Assembly (NCBI GenBank): GCA_038212275.1
Contig: JBBQUR010000022.1
Span: forward strand, 1-64,000
DNA length: 64,000 bases
From: Planctomycetota bacterium
Lineage (GTDB): Bacteria > Planctomycetota > B15-G4
Direction: 5' to 3'
Shown: in pieces, positions 1 to 9,063 of the stretch
Position numbering within the stretch: the stretch's first letter is position 1
Layout: each line of letters begins with the position of its first letter
Notes under the pieces: model-generated
What the model was told of the DNA's origin: nothing
The model's database searches: none
Seen by the model: the letters and a program-made list of their open reading frames with translations, nothing else
Made by a program: the position numbers and the translations under genes

Positions 1-306
1 CCCGCGCGGGGACGCGGCGCGCGGGGGGGGGGGGCCCGGGCGCTTTGGGCCGCCGTGGGCGGGGGTCCGGTACCCCGGGCCGCCGCGGGTGGGGCGGCTG
101 GTGTTCTGTTGAGCCTGGCCAAAACCACCCCACGGCTGCCGGGGCGAGGGTGCGCGGTCGTGCGGACCGCCGCGATCGGCGCATGCGCGCGGTCCCGGCC
201 AGAGTTGCTGCGCGCGACCGCGCGTCGGCGGCCGGAGGGGACGGCAGGGGGACCCGTCGACTGGAGCAGCGTTGTGATCGCGGCACCCGCCGCAGACAAT
301 GCCGCG

Positions 307-1317
307 ATGGACCTCGCCGCGTTCGTCAGCCTGGCCGCGGCGCGCGGCGCCAGCGACCTGCACCTTCAGGCGGGGCAAGCGCCGCAGCTGCGCGTCCTCG
401 GGCAGCTCGAGCGGCTGAGCGATGAGCCGCTGGCCGCGGCGGAGGTGGCCGGTCTGCTTGACGGCCTGCTCTCCGCGACGGACCGCACGCGCCTGACCCA
501 GCAGCGATCGCTGGACTTCGCGCGCGACCTCGCCGGTGTGCGCTGCCGCATCAACGTGCTCATGAGCCACGGCTCGGCGGGTTTCGCCGTGCGCCTGCTC
601 AGCCAGGAACCGCCGACGCTCGCCTCGTTGAACCTGCACCCGGACTTTGCGCGCCTGCTCGACGCGCGCCACGGCCTGCTGCTCGTGAGCGGCGCGACCG
701 GCAGCGGCAAGTCGTCCACGCTGGCCGCCTTCGTGGATGAGCTCAATCGCACGCGGCCGTGCCACATCATCACGATCGAACAGCCGGTTGAGTTCGATCA
801 CCGGCCGCAGCGCGCACTCATCCGCCAGCGCGAGGTGGGGCGCGACACGCCGTCGGTGGAACAGGCGCTGAGGGACGCGCTGCGCGAGGACATCGACGTG
901 CTCATGGTGGGGGAGATGCGCGAGCCCGAGACGATGCGCCTCACGCTCGCCGCGTGCGAGACCGGCCATCTCGTGCTGGCCACGTTGCATTCGTCGACTG
1001 CTGCGGAGGCCCTGCAGCGGCTGGTGTCGGCCTTTCCCGCCGAAGAGCAGCCGTCGGTGTGCAGCCAGCTGGCGGACTGTCTGCAGGCCGTCATCTGTCA
1101 GCGCCTGCCGTGGCGCGAGGCCGCCGGGATGCGCGTGCCGGAGTGCGAGGTCCTCGTGGGCAACACGGCGGTGCGCGCCAACATCCGGCAGGGGCAGTTC
1201 TTCAAGCTCGGTTCGCTGCTCGAGACCAACGCCCGCGCCGGCATGTGGACCTACGAGCGCTACCGGGGCTGGCTCGATGCGCGCACGGCGTTCGAGGGAT
1301 CGCGGCACGCGCGCTGA
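307..1317 (+). CDS. pilT: PilT/PilU-family type IV pilus retraction ATPase
   Basis: N-terminal GASDLHL, Walker A SGATGSGKSST, HIITIEQPVEF, QREVG, ALREDIDVLMVGEMRE, His box ETGHLVLATLH, AVRANIRQ (AIRNLIRE-like). Start placed at ATG 307 rather than 55. Confidence 0.9.
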   Translation: MDLAAFVSLAAARGASDLHLQAGQAPQLRVLGQLERLSDEPLAAAEVAGLLDGLLSATDRTRLTQQRSLDFARDLAGVRCRINVLMSHGSAGFAVRLLSQEPPTLASLNLHPDFARLLDARHGLLLVSGATGSGKSSTLAAFVDELNRTRPCHIITIEQPVEFDHRPQRALIRQREVGRDTPSVEQALRDALREDIDVLMVGEMREPETMRLTLAACETGHLVLATLHSSTAAEALQRLVSAFPAEEQPSVCSQLADCLQAVICQRLPWREAAGMRVPECEVLVGNTAVRANIRQGQFFKLGSLLETNARAGMWTYERYRGWLDARTAFEGSRHAR

Positions 1318-1460
1318 CCGCGGATTCGTGACATCCGTCCGTCCGCTCCGGTGAAGCTTCCGGACGCGCTGCCCCCGTTGCGTGACAGGGCGGTAGCATG
1401 GCCGGACGGCACGCCGAACCGGGCCGGCGCGCACCGCACGGACTCGTGGTCGAGGTAAGC

Positions 1461-4400
1461 ATGGCCTTCGTCGCAGCCGCTCTTGGACTGCTTGTCGTCG
1501 CCGCGGCCCCGGCGCTACCCGCTGCGCTACCCCCGGCGGTGCAGTCGGGGCCGGCCGTCGCGTCGGCGGCGCACGCGCCCTTCGTCAACTTCGAGTCGGG
1601 GCCGGTGAACGCGCTGCTGCTCGCGCCCGACGGGCGCACGCTCTGCGTGCTCAACACGGCCGACGACCGCGTGGAGTTCTGGGACCCGCGGCACTTCATG
1701 AAGCCGGAGACCGGGCGCAGCCTGTCGGTGAGCGGCCCGACGAGCATGCCCAGCGGCGTGTCCGGTGGCTCTGCGGGCGTGGCCGTGCCGAAGCTCCCGG
1801 ACGGCGGCGTCGCCCCTCTCGGCCTGCTCGGCCTGACCTTCCGCGGCGCGGTGCTGACGGGACTGTCGCCGGTGGCGATGGCCTTCGATCCGAGCGATGG
1901 CACGCGGCTCTTCGTGTCCAACAACGTCTCGGACAGCGTGTCGGTGGTGGACATCGTCAAGCGCCAGGTCATCGCGACCATCCGCGTCGGCGACGAACCG
2001 CAGGGGCTTGCGATCAGCAACGGCCGGCTCTTCGTCGCCTGCGCGCGCGCACCGGCCGTGCCACTCGCCGCCGGACAGACGGAGCCTGGGCCGCTGGACG
2101 AGAACGTGGTGGTGGTCACGCAGGCGAGCGCGCCATGGACGTGGCTGGCCAACGTGCCGATCGGCGCGGTGGCGCCGCGCGACGTCGTCGCGGCGAACGG
2201 CATCGTCTACGCCATCCCGGAGCACTCGGGCAATCACACGACGCTGCTCGACGAGACGGCTGCGACGCAGCTGCAACTCGCGCAGAGCGTGCCCGATGCC
2301 TTCGATGCGCCCTTCAGCGTGAACCCCGTGCTGCTGCGCTCCGAGTTCGCCTTTCCTGCGTACACGCGCGGCTGGATCATCCCGGTGGCCGGCCGCATCG
2401 TCTTCGACGACGAGCATCCGGGCCTCGTGCCGCAGCTCCTGGACCGCGACATCGTGGGCATCGACGCGCGCAGCCTGACGCCGCAGCCCTTCGCCACGAC
2501 CGGCGTGGGCACGACGCTGTTCGACGTCGAGCGCAATCCGGCGACGGGAGCGCTGTGGGTGGCGAACTCCGACGCGCGCAACCGGACGCGCTTCGAACCC
2601 GCCCTGCGCGGCGCGGCGCTGGACAACCGCGTGAGCATCGCGCTGGCCGGCGGCACCGTGCAGCAGGTGCTGGAGCTCGCGCCGCCGTTCACGCCGCACA
2701 CGCACGCGCAGCCGGCCGTCATCGCCTTCGGCGGCGCGGCCTCGCCGGGGCCTTATGCCTTCGTGGCCTGCCTCGGCACCGCGAGCATCGTCGTGCTGGA
2801 CGCAGTCAACGCCGCGTTCGTCGCGGAGATCGACACCGGCGAGCAGCCCCTCGGTCTCGCGGTGGACGAGCCGCGTCAACTGCTGCACGTCTTCTGCCGC
2901 GGCGACCTCACGCTGCGCAGCTACGACCTCTCGCACGCTTTCGCGCCGACGGGCCCCGTGCGCCACCTGTCGTATGACCCCGAACCGGCGCTGGTGAGCG
3001 CGGGCCGCGCGCATCTCTACGACGCGCGCGCCTCCACCGGGCACGGCAACGACAGCATGTCCTGCGCGAGCTGCCATGTCTTCGGCCACGACGACCGGCT
3101 CGCCTGGGATCTCGGCGATCCGGGCGGCAGCTTCGCCTACTACTTCCCCGATGAAATGACGGGACTGGGCGGCTACGCGGGAGAGGTCGTCACCGCGCCG
3201 ACCACGCCCATTCTCAATCCGCTCAAGGGGCCGATGGTGACGCAATCGCTGCGCGGCCTGCTCGACCCGGACACGATGGACACGCTGCCACTGCACTGGC
3301 GCGGCGACCGGCGCGCGCTGCAGCAGTTCGGCGGGGCCTTCGGCAGCCTGCTCGGCGGCACGGGACTGGCTCTGCGGCAGGTGCAGGAATTGTCGGGATT
3401 CCTGCGCAGCCTGCGCTTCCCGCCCAATCCGCACGGACCGCGCGACCGGCAGTACACCGGGCAGGTCGCGCACGGCCGCGACCTCTACGGATTGAACGGA
3501 GAGGTGCCGGGCAAGGACTACGTCGCCAACTCGGGCTTCCAGTGCGCCAAGTGCCACCTGGCGGATTTCGACGGCAAGACCGACTTCACCGGCAGCCGGC
3601 CCACGGTCAGCTCGGGCAGCTTCACGCAGCTGTTCAACACGGCGCAGCTGCGCGACACCTACGAGAAGGACATGCGCGACGTGTCGGGCTTCGGCGCGCT
3701 GCACGACGGCGCGGTGAACGGCGTGCGCGGCTTCATGGACTTCGTCGTGCCCAACGGCGGCCTGCCGACCTTTCCCAACTTCGACGACTCCGACAAGGAT
3801 GCCGTCGCGGCATTCGTGCACGCCTGGGACACGGGCTTCTCCTCGCTGGTCGGCAACCAGTGCAGCCTCAGCCCCGAGGTGCTGCATGCGCCCGGCGGCG
3901 CGGCCCAGGCCGGCGCGGAACTCGACCTGTTCGAGGCGCAGGTGCGGCCGCCCGCCTCCAACGTGGACCTCATCGTGAAGGGCTTCCGCTTCGCGCAGGA
4001 CGGCACGCTGCTCCCGCGCGGCGGCTACTACCGCTTCGATGCGGCGCTGGGCATCTGGAACTACCTTTTCGATTCCGGCTTCACCGCGGACAGGCAGACC
4101 CTGCTCGACCTGATCGCCGCCGACCTGGCCACGTTCACCTTCACCTGCGTGCCGCGCGGCATGGGCGAGCGTCTCGGCCTCGACCGCGACGAGGACGGTC
4201 TCCCCGACTGGCAGGAGGTGGTCGCGGGCACGAACGCCGCCAACCCCGACACCGACGGGGACGGCTACCTCGACGGCATCGAAGCCGCGCTGGGCGGCAA
4301 CCCGACCAAACCGGACGCGCTGCTCGCCGACACGACGGCGCCGGTGGTGAGCGAGGCGCGCGCGCTGGAGATCTTCGCGCACATCGCGTCGCTCTCGTGC

Positions 4401-4991
4401 CGCACCGACGAGCCGGCGACGCTCGTCGTGGAACTCGGACTGATGCCGGACGCCTACACGCTGGCCTCCGTGGCGGGGCCGGCGGGCGGCCGCCGCATGC
4501 ACGACGTGATCCTCGAGAAGCTGCCGGCCGGCCGCACGCTCTTCTTCCGCGTGCGCGCCACGGACCGCAACGGCAATGAGGGCACGGCCGAGGGCAGTTT
4601 CGTCACGCTGCCGCCGATGCTGCACGTCGCGGACATCACGCTGCAGAAGCTCGGCGGCGGCCCCGGGCCGGTGGCGCTGACGGCGCGCGTGAAGGTCGTC
4701 GACCACGCGGGCACCGTGCAGGCCGGCGTGCCGGTGCACGGCTTCTGGGCCGGCGACATCGGAGGCCAGGCCTGGGAGGCTCAGGCCTCCACGGACGCCG
4801 AGGGCTGGGCGGCTTTCGCGCTGGCCCCGTACACGCCGGCCACGCCCGGCGACGTGAGCTTCAGCCCCGGCTACATCGGCACGCCGTATCCGAACCAGCC
4901 CTTCTTCGTGGGGATCGGTGGCCCGACGCCGACGTTCTTCTACGATCAGACGGCGAATGCGGTGCACTACCGCAGCGTGGCCGTGCCGTAG
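1461..4991 (+). CDS. Secreted YncE/YVTN beta-propeller protein with two c-type heme motifs, TSP3-like Ca-binding repeat and C-terminal FN3/Ig-like domains
   Basis: GAGG upstream of ATG 1461; hydrophobic signal peptide; YVTN-like repeats (LFVSNNVSDSVSVVD, IRVGDEPQGLA); CASCH at 3063-3077 and CAKCH at 3543-3557; DRDEDGLPD...NPDTDGDGYLDG; HDVILEKLPAGRTLFFRVRATD. Confidence 0.75.
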   Translation: MAFVAAALGLLVVAAAPALPAALPPAVQSGPAVASAAHAPFVNFESGPVNALLLAPDGRTLCVLNTADDRVEFWDPRHFMKPETGRSLSVSGPTSMPSGVSGGSAGVAVPKLPDGGVAPLGLLGLTFRGAVLTGLSPVAMAFDPSDGTRLFVSNNVSDSVSVVDIVKRQVIATIRVGDEPQGLAISNGRLFVACARAPAVPLAAGQTEPGPLDENVVVVTQASAPWTWLANVPIGAVAPRDVVAANGIVYAIPEHSGNHTTLLDETAATQLQLAQSVPDAFDAPFSVNPVLLRSEFAFPAYTRGWIIPVAGRIVFDDEHPGLVPQLLDRDIVGIDARSLTPQPFATTGVGTTLFDVERNPATGALWVANSDARNRTRFEPALRGAALDNRVSIALAGGTVQQVLELAPPFTPHTHAQPAVIAFGGAASPGPYAFVACLGTASIVVLDAVNAAFVAEIDTGEQPLGLAVDEPRQLLHVFCRGDLTLRSYDLSHAFAPTGPVRHLSYDPEPALVSAGRAHLYDARASTGHGNDSMSCASCHVFGHDDRLAWDLGDPGGSFAYYFPDEMTGLGGYAGEVVTAPTTPILNPLKGPMVTQSLRGLLDPDTMDTLPLHWRGDRRALQQFGGAFGSLLGGTGLALRQVQELSGFLRSLRFPPNPHGPRDRQYTGQVAHGRDLYGLNGEVPGKDYVANSGFQCAKCHLADFDGKTDFTGSRPTVSSGSFTQLFNTAQLRDTYEKDMRDVSGFGALHDGAVNGVRGFMDFVVPNGGLPTFPNFDDSDKDAVAAFVHAWDTGFSSLVGNQCSLSPEVLHAPGGAAQAGAELDLFEAQVRPPASNVDLIVKGFRFAQDGTLLPRGGYYRFDAALGIWNYLFDSGFTADRQTLLDLIAADLATFTFTCVPRGMGERLGLDRDEDGLPDWQEVVAGTNAANPDTDGDGYLDGIEAALGGNPTKPDALLADTTAPVVSEARALEIFAHIASLSCRTDEPATLVVELGLMPDAYTLASVAGPAGGRRMHDVILEKLPAGRTLFFRVRATDRNGNEGTAEGSFVTLPPMLHVADITLQKLGGGPGPVALTARVKVVDHAGTVQAGVPVHGFWAGDIGGQAWEAQASTDAEGWAAFALAPYTPATPGDVSFSPGYIGTPYPNQPFFVGIGGPTPTFFYDQTANAVHYRSVAVP

Positions 4992-5050
4992 CGGACTCCG
5001 GCGTGGTCGGGGCGCGTGACGGCGGCGCCGGGTTGTCCACGAGGATCTCC

Positions 5051-5803
5051 ATGCATCACGACGCGCCGGCTCTCCGCGTGGCGGCCGCGGTCGCGCTCCT
5101 GCTCCCGGCCTGCGTGCGAGCCTCCGACGGTGCAGCCCTCGCGGCGCCTGCCGGCACGGCGACTGCCGCCGCACCGGACGTGACCTCGACAGCCTCGGCC
5201 GCTCCGACGATCATCGCGAGCGACATGCGCTTCCGCGACAAGTCCCTGCACCTGTTGACTGCCGGTCCGGAGGACGCGCCGCTCACGCTGGTGCTGCTGC
5301 ACGGCGCTCGCTTCGACGCGGAGGACTGGCGCGCGCTCGGAACCATCGACCTCGCGGCGGCTGCCGGCTACCGCGTGGTGGCCCTGGATCTGCCGGGCTA
5401 CGGGGCGTCGGAGCCGGACGGCGTCGCGCCCGAGGTGCTGCTCGAGCAACTGCTGCCGGTGCTGCACCTGCGGCGGCCGGTGCTCGTGTCGCCGTCCATG
5501 AGCGGCCGATACGTGCTGCCTTATCTGAGCGAGCACGCGGCGGAGGCGGCGGGCTTCGTCGCCCTGGCGCCTGTGGGCGTCGAGGCACACGCCGCGTCGC
5601 TCGCGACGCTGGCGCTGCCGACGCTCATCGTGTGGGGCAGCAAGGACGACGTGCTGCCGGTGGGCCGGGCCTCGGAGCTGGCCCGCCTCGTCCGGGGCAG
5701 CCGGCTGCTGATTCTCGACGGCGCCGGTCACCCGGCGTATCGGGAGCAGCCGCAGGCCTTCCACGCGGCGCTGCTCGACTTCCTGCAGTCGCTGCCACGC
5801 TGA
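5051..5803 (+). CDS. Alpha/beta hydrolase, ABHD14-like, probable lipoprotein
   Basis: LLHGARF, ALDLPGYG, nucleophile elbow VLVSPSMSG, LIVWGSKD, GAGHPAY; lipobox-like LLPAC. Confidence 0.8.
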   Translation: MHHDAPALRVAAAVALLLPACVRASDGAALAAPAGTATAAAPDVTSTASAAPTIIASDMRFRDKSLHLLTAGPEDAPLTLVLLHGARFDAEDWRALGTIDLAAAAGYRVVALDLPGYGASEPDGVAPEVLLEQLLPVLHLRRPVLVSPSMSGRYVLPYLSEHAAEAAGFVALAPVGVEAHAASLATLALPTLIVWGSKDDVLPVGRASELARLVRGSRLLILDGAGHPAYREQPQAFHAALLDFLQSLPR

Positions 5804-5833
5804 GGCGACACGCGCCGCGGATACGATCCCGCG

Positions 5834-7111
5834 ATGACCGCGCGCACGCCCACCTTCGTCGCCCTGCAGCACAGGAATTACAGGCTGCTGTGGATCGGGC
5901 AGCTGCTGTCGATGTCGGGCTCGCTCATGCAGTCCACGGCGGTGCTGTGGCACGTGACGCTGCTCGTGCCGGAGCACAAGGCGCTTGCGCTCGGATTGGT
6001 GGGGCTCGTGCGCGTCGTGCCCATCGTCGTGTTCTCGATGATCGGCGGCGTCGTCGCGGACGCGCTCGACCGGCGTCGGCTCCTGCTCGTCACGCAATCG
6101 GCGATGACGGTGTGCGCCGCGCTGCTCGCGTGGTTCACGCTGCGCGGCATGACGACCGTCTGGCCGATCTACCTGCTCACGGCGCTGTCCGCGGCGGCGG
6201 CCTCCTTCGACAGTCCAGCGCGTCAGGCGCTGCTGCCCTCGCTCGTGCCGCTGCCGCACCTGCCCAACGCGCTCTCGCTGAACAGCATCATGTTCCAGGC
6301 GGCGTCGGTCGTCGGGCCGGCGCTGGCCGGGCCACTCATCGCGGGCTTCGGCGTCGGCTGGGTGTATGCGCTCAACGCGGCGTCCTTCGTGGCGGTCATC
6401 GCGTCGCTGCTCATGATGCGCGACATTCCGCCGCGGCCCGAGGGCGGTCCGAAACCCGAGGTGAGCTGGGCGGCGGGCATGGAAGGTCTGCGCTTCGTCT
6501 TCCGCGCGCCGCTCATGCGCAGCACGATGCTGCTCGACTTCTTTGCCACCTTCTTCAGCTCGGCCACGGCGATGCTTCCGATCTTCGCGCAGGACATCCT
6601 GCACGTGGGGCCGCACGGTTTCGGCTGGCTCTACGCGGCGCCGGCGCTCGGTGCGGTGATCACCGGTGCGGCGATGGCGCGCTGGGAATACAAGCTGCAG
6701 CGCCGCGGGCGCACCCTGCTCTGGGCCGTGGTGGTCTACGGCCTGGCGACCGTGGGCTTCGGCCTGTCCACCAGCTTCGCGCTGACCTTCGGCTTCCTGG
6801 CGCTCACCGGGGCCGCCGACACGGTGTCCATGGTGCTGCGCAACATCATCCGCCAGCTCGGCACGCCGGACCGCCTGCGCGGCCGCATGACCTCCGTGAA
6901 CATGGTCTTCTTCATGGGTGGCCCCCAGCTGGGCGAGTTCGAGGCGGGCCTCGTGGCGCAGGGCTTCGGCGCGCCGTTCTCCGTGGTCAGCGGCGGCATC
7001 GGCTGCCTGATCGCCACCGCCTTCCTCGCGAAGCGCACACCGGAACTCGTGCAGCTGAAGCGGGACGTGCCCGTCGCGGAGCCCGACGGGGGGCTGGTGT
7101 CGCCCCTTTGA
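5834..7111 (+). CDS. MFS transporter (EntS/MFS_3-like exporter)
   Basis: About 12 hydrophobic segments; ALQHRNYRLLWIGQ; motif A GGVVADALDRRRLL; PDRLRGRMTS. Confidence 0.9.
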   Translation: MTARTPTFVALQHRNYRLLWIGQLLSMSGSLMQSTAVLWHVTLLVPEHKALALGLVGLVRVVPIVVFSMIGGVVADALDRRRLLLVTQSAMTVCAALLAWFTLRGMTTVWPIYLLTALSAAAASFDSPARQALLPSLVPLPHLPNALSLNSIMFQAASVVGPALAGPLIAGFGVGWVYALNAASFVAVIASLLMMRDIPPRPEGGPKPEVSWAAGMEGLRFVFRAPLMRSTMLLDFFATFFSSATAMLPIFAQDILHVGPHGFGWLYAAPALGAVITGAAMARWEYKLQRRGRTLLWAVVVYGLATVGFGLSTSFALTFGFLALTGAADTVSMVLRNIIRQLGTPDRLRGRMTSVNMVFFMGGPQLGEFEAGLVAQGFGAPFSVVSGGIGCLIATAFLAKRTPELVQLKRDVPVAEPDGGLVSPL

Positions 7112-7165
7112 GTCGGTAGGCTACTGGCCCTTTCAAAACCGAGTCCGTATCCGGAGTGCCCGCCG

Positions 7166-8794
7166 ATGTTTCCCGCTGCCCGCAACCCCCGCCGCATGGC
7201 TCTCGTGTTCGGACTCTCCCTCGCGTGGACGATGCTCTCCGCGTCCTTCGCCGCTGCGCAGGCGCCCGAACTCTACGCGCTCAACAGCAGCGGACTGCTG
7301 ACGGTCAACGCCACGAAGATCGACGACCTCTCCGGCTCCGGCTGGGTGGGCCTGGCGGTGGACGGTGCGGACCGCTACGCGATCAAGACGGATGGCACGG
7401 TCGACAAGAACGGCCTGGAGCTCTACAAGCTCAAGTTCACCGACATCAACAACAACAAGGTGGACGTGGGCGACTGGGTCGGCATCACCTTCGTCGACGG
7501 CTCGCTCTGGGCGCTCAGCGAGTTCGGTTACATCGCGCAGGATGGCGTGGTGGGCTCCCAGTTCAGCCCCAGCGCCTTCCTGTTCACGGCGATTTTCTCC
7601 GGGCCGACGGGAACATGGTCGCTGCGCGCGGATGGCGCGGTGTTTGCCAACACGACCTTCAACAGCACCTTTGCCTTCGACGCCGGCACGGGACTCAACG
7701 GTGCCACCGAAGGCACCACCCCGGACACGACCTGGGAGTCGGGCACGGTCGGACCGGACGGCAAGGTCTACGCCGTCCGTCGTGACGGCAAGGTCGTGCG
7801 CGGCGACGTCCTCGGCGGCATGAGTCCGTTTCCGGGGACTGTCGTCGCGGCGCTGCCCTTCGGCACCGTTCCGTCGGACGCGATGCTGTACGCAGACATC
7901 GCCTTCACGGAAGCCGGCAGCCGGATCGTGCTCCGCGGAAACGGCGAGCTCTACGATGAGTCCAACAACCTGACGCCGCTCATCGAGTTCAAGAGCACGA
8001 GCCCGGTCTACGTCGACCTGCTGCCGCTGCCGGCGGACATGGAGTTCGGCACCACCGACATGTCCTTCTTCGCGTTGCGGAGCGACGGCAAGCTCTACCG
8101 CGAGACCAGCCAGGACGCGCTCTTCGACCTGGACAAGTCCAAGTACTGCTGCCTTGCTCTCTCGCTGACGCCGCCGAACCTGGACAACATCGACAATGCG
8201 TCGCCGGTGGTCACCAAGTACACGCTGCAGGCCATCTCGGGCACGGAGATCGCCTTCCCGATCCTCGCGACGGACACGGACCTGGACTCCGCGGAACTCG
8301 TCGTCACCGTGGATGAGACCACGCTGCCCGTCGGCGCCAGTTTCGACGAGATCGCGCGCACGGTCACATGGCCCGATCCCGTGAAGGGCAGCGCCAAGAT
8401 CAAGGTCTCGGTCAACGACGGCGTGAACAAGCCGGTCAACGTGACCTACTCGGTGAAGGTGTCCGATCCCGACACCAACCCCGACAAGAACAAGAGCCCG
8501 AAGGTCAGCAAGATCAAGAGCAAGAGCGTGCAGGGCCTCGTCGGCTTCGAGCTGGCGTTGCCCATCCTCGCAGTCGATCCGGACGGCGACACGCTCACGA
8601 TCACCGTCGACGACACGCAGGAGCCGTTCACGCTGGGCGCGACCTTCGACGAGCTGACCAACACCTTCCTCTGGACCGACCCCACGCTGCAGGACATCGG
8701 CACCTACAAGATCCAGTTCAACGTGAGCGACGGGATCAAGACGGTCAAGCTCTCGGTGACCATCGAGATCGTGAGCAGCCTGCTGTCGATCTGA
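7166..8794 (+). CDS. Secreted protein with a 7-repeat beta-propeller-like region and two cadherin/Ig-like repeats
   Basis: Signal peptide; seven (Y/W/F)-(A/S)-L-x-x-D-G-type repeats; two N-x-SP...ILA-D-D...GA-FD...V(N/S)DG repeats; strong GC3 codon bias. Confidence 0.7.
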   Translation: MFPAARNPRRMALVFGLSLAWTMLSASFAAAQAPELYALNSSGLLTVNATKIDDLSGSGWVGLAVDGADRYAIKTDGTVDKNGLELYKLKFTDINNNKVDVGDWVGITFVDGSLWALSEFGYIAQDGVVGSQFSPSAFLFTAIFSGPTGTWSLRADGAVFANTTFNSTFAFDAGTGLNGATEGTTPDTTWESGTVGPDGKVYAVRRDGKVVRGDVLGGMSPFPGTVVAALPFGTVPSDAMLYADIAFTEAGSRIVLRGNGELYDESNNLTPLIEFKSTSPVYVDLLPLPADMEFGTTDMSFFALRSDGKLYRETSQDALFDLDKSKYCCLALSLTPPNLDNIDNASPVVTKYTLQAISGTEIAFPILATDTDLDSAELVVTVDETTLPVGASFDEIARTVTWPDPVKGSAKIKVSVNDGVNKPVNVTYSVKVSDPDTNPDKNKSPKVSKIKSKSVQGLVGFELALPILAVDPDGDTLTITVDDTQEPFTLGATFDELTNTFLWTDPTLQDIGTYKIQFNVSDGIKTVKLSVTIEIVSSLLSI

Positions 8795-9063
8795 GGCGCC
8801 TCGACGACGGCGGCCGCGAGGAGGTGCACGCGCACCTCGACGCCATCTCCGTGGACGATGCTGCTCGAGCCGGCGCGCGAGGCCATCGCGCGGCGCTGAG
8901 CATGCTGGGATCCTCGCGGAGGAGTACATTGTCGAGCAGAGCGCCCCCGGGACGGGCCCTGCGGCAGGCATGCGCGGGTCGAGCCATGAGGGCGTCGCGG
9001 AGATGCTGCGATGCGATGGCCAGACATTCCCGGTCCGGGTGAGACCTGCCGCTCTCGGGGTGG

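Noticed and set aside
1..300. Poly-G run and apparent N-terminal extension of PilT (ORF from 55)
   Set aside because: Low-complexity sequence, possibly poor quality at the edge; PilT homology begins at ATG 307.
1461..4991. Hydrazine synthase or cd1 nitrite reductase assignment
   Set aside because: Only an architectural analogy (propeller plus heme c); no supporting motifs or pathway genes.
1527..5174. Very long antisense ORFs (also 24940-28290, 35698-38298, 41703-44789, 58989-60983 and others)
   Set aside because: Shadow frames of real genes in high-GC DNA; Arg/Ala-rich with no motifs.
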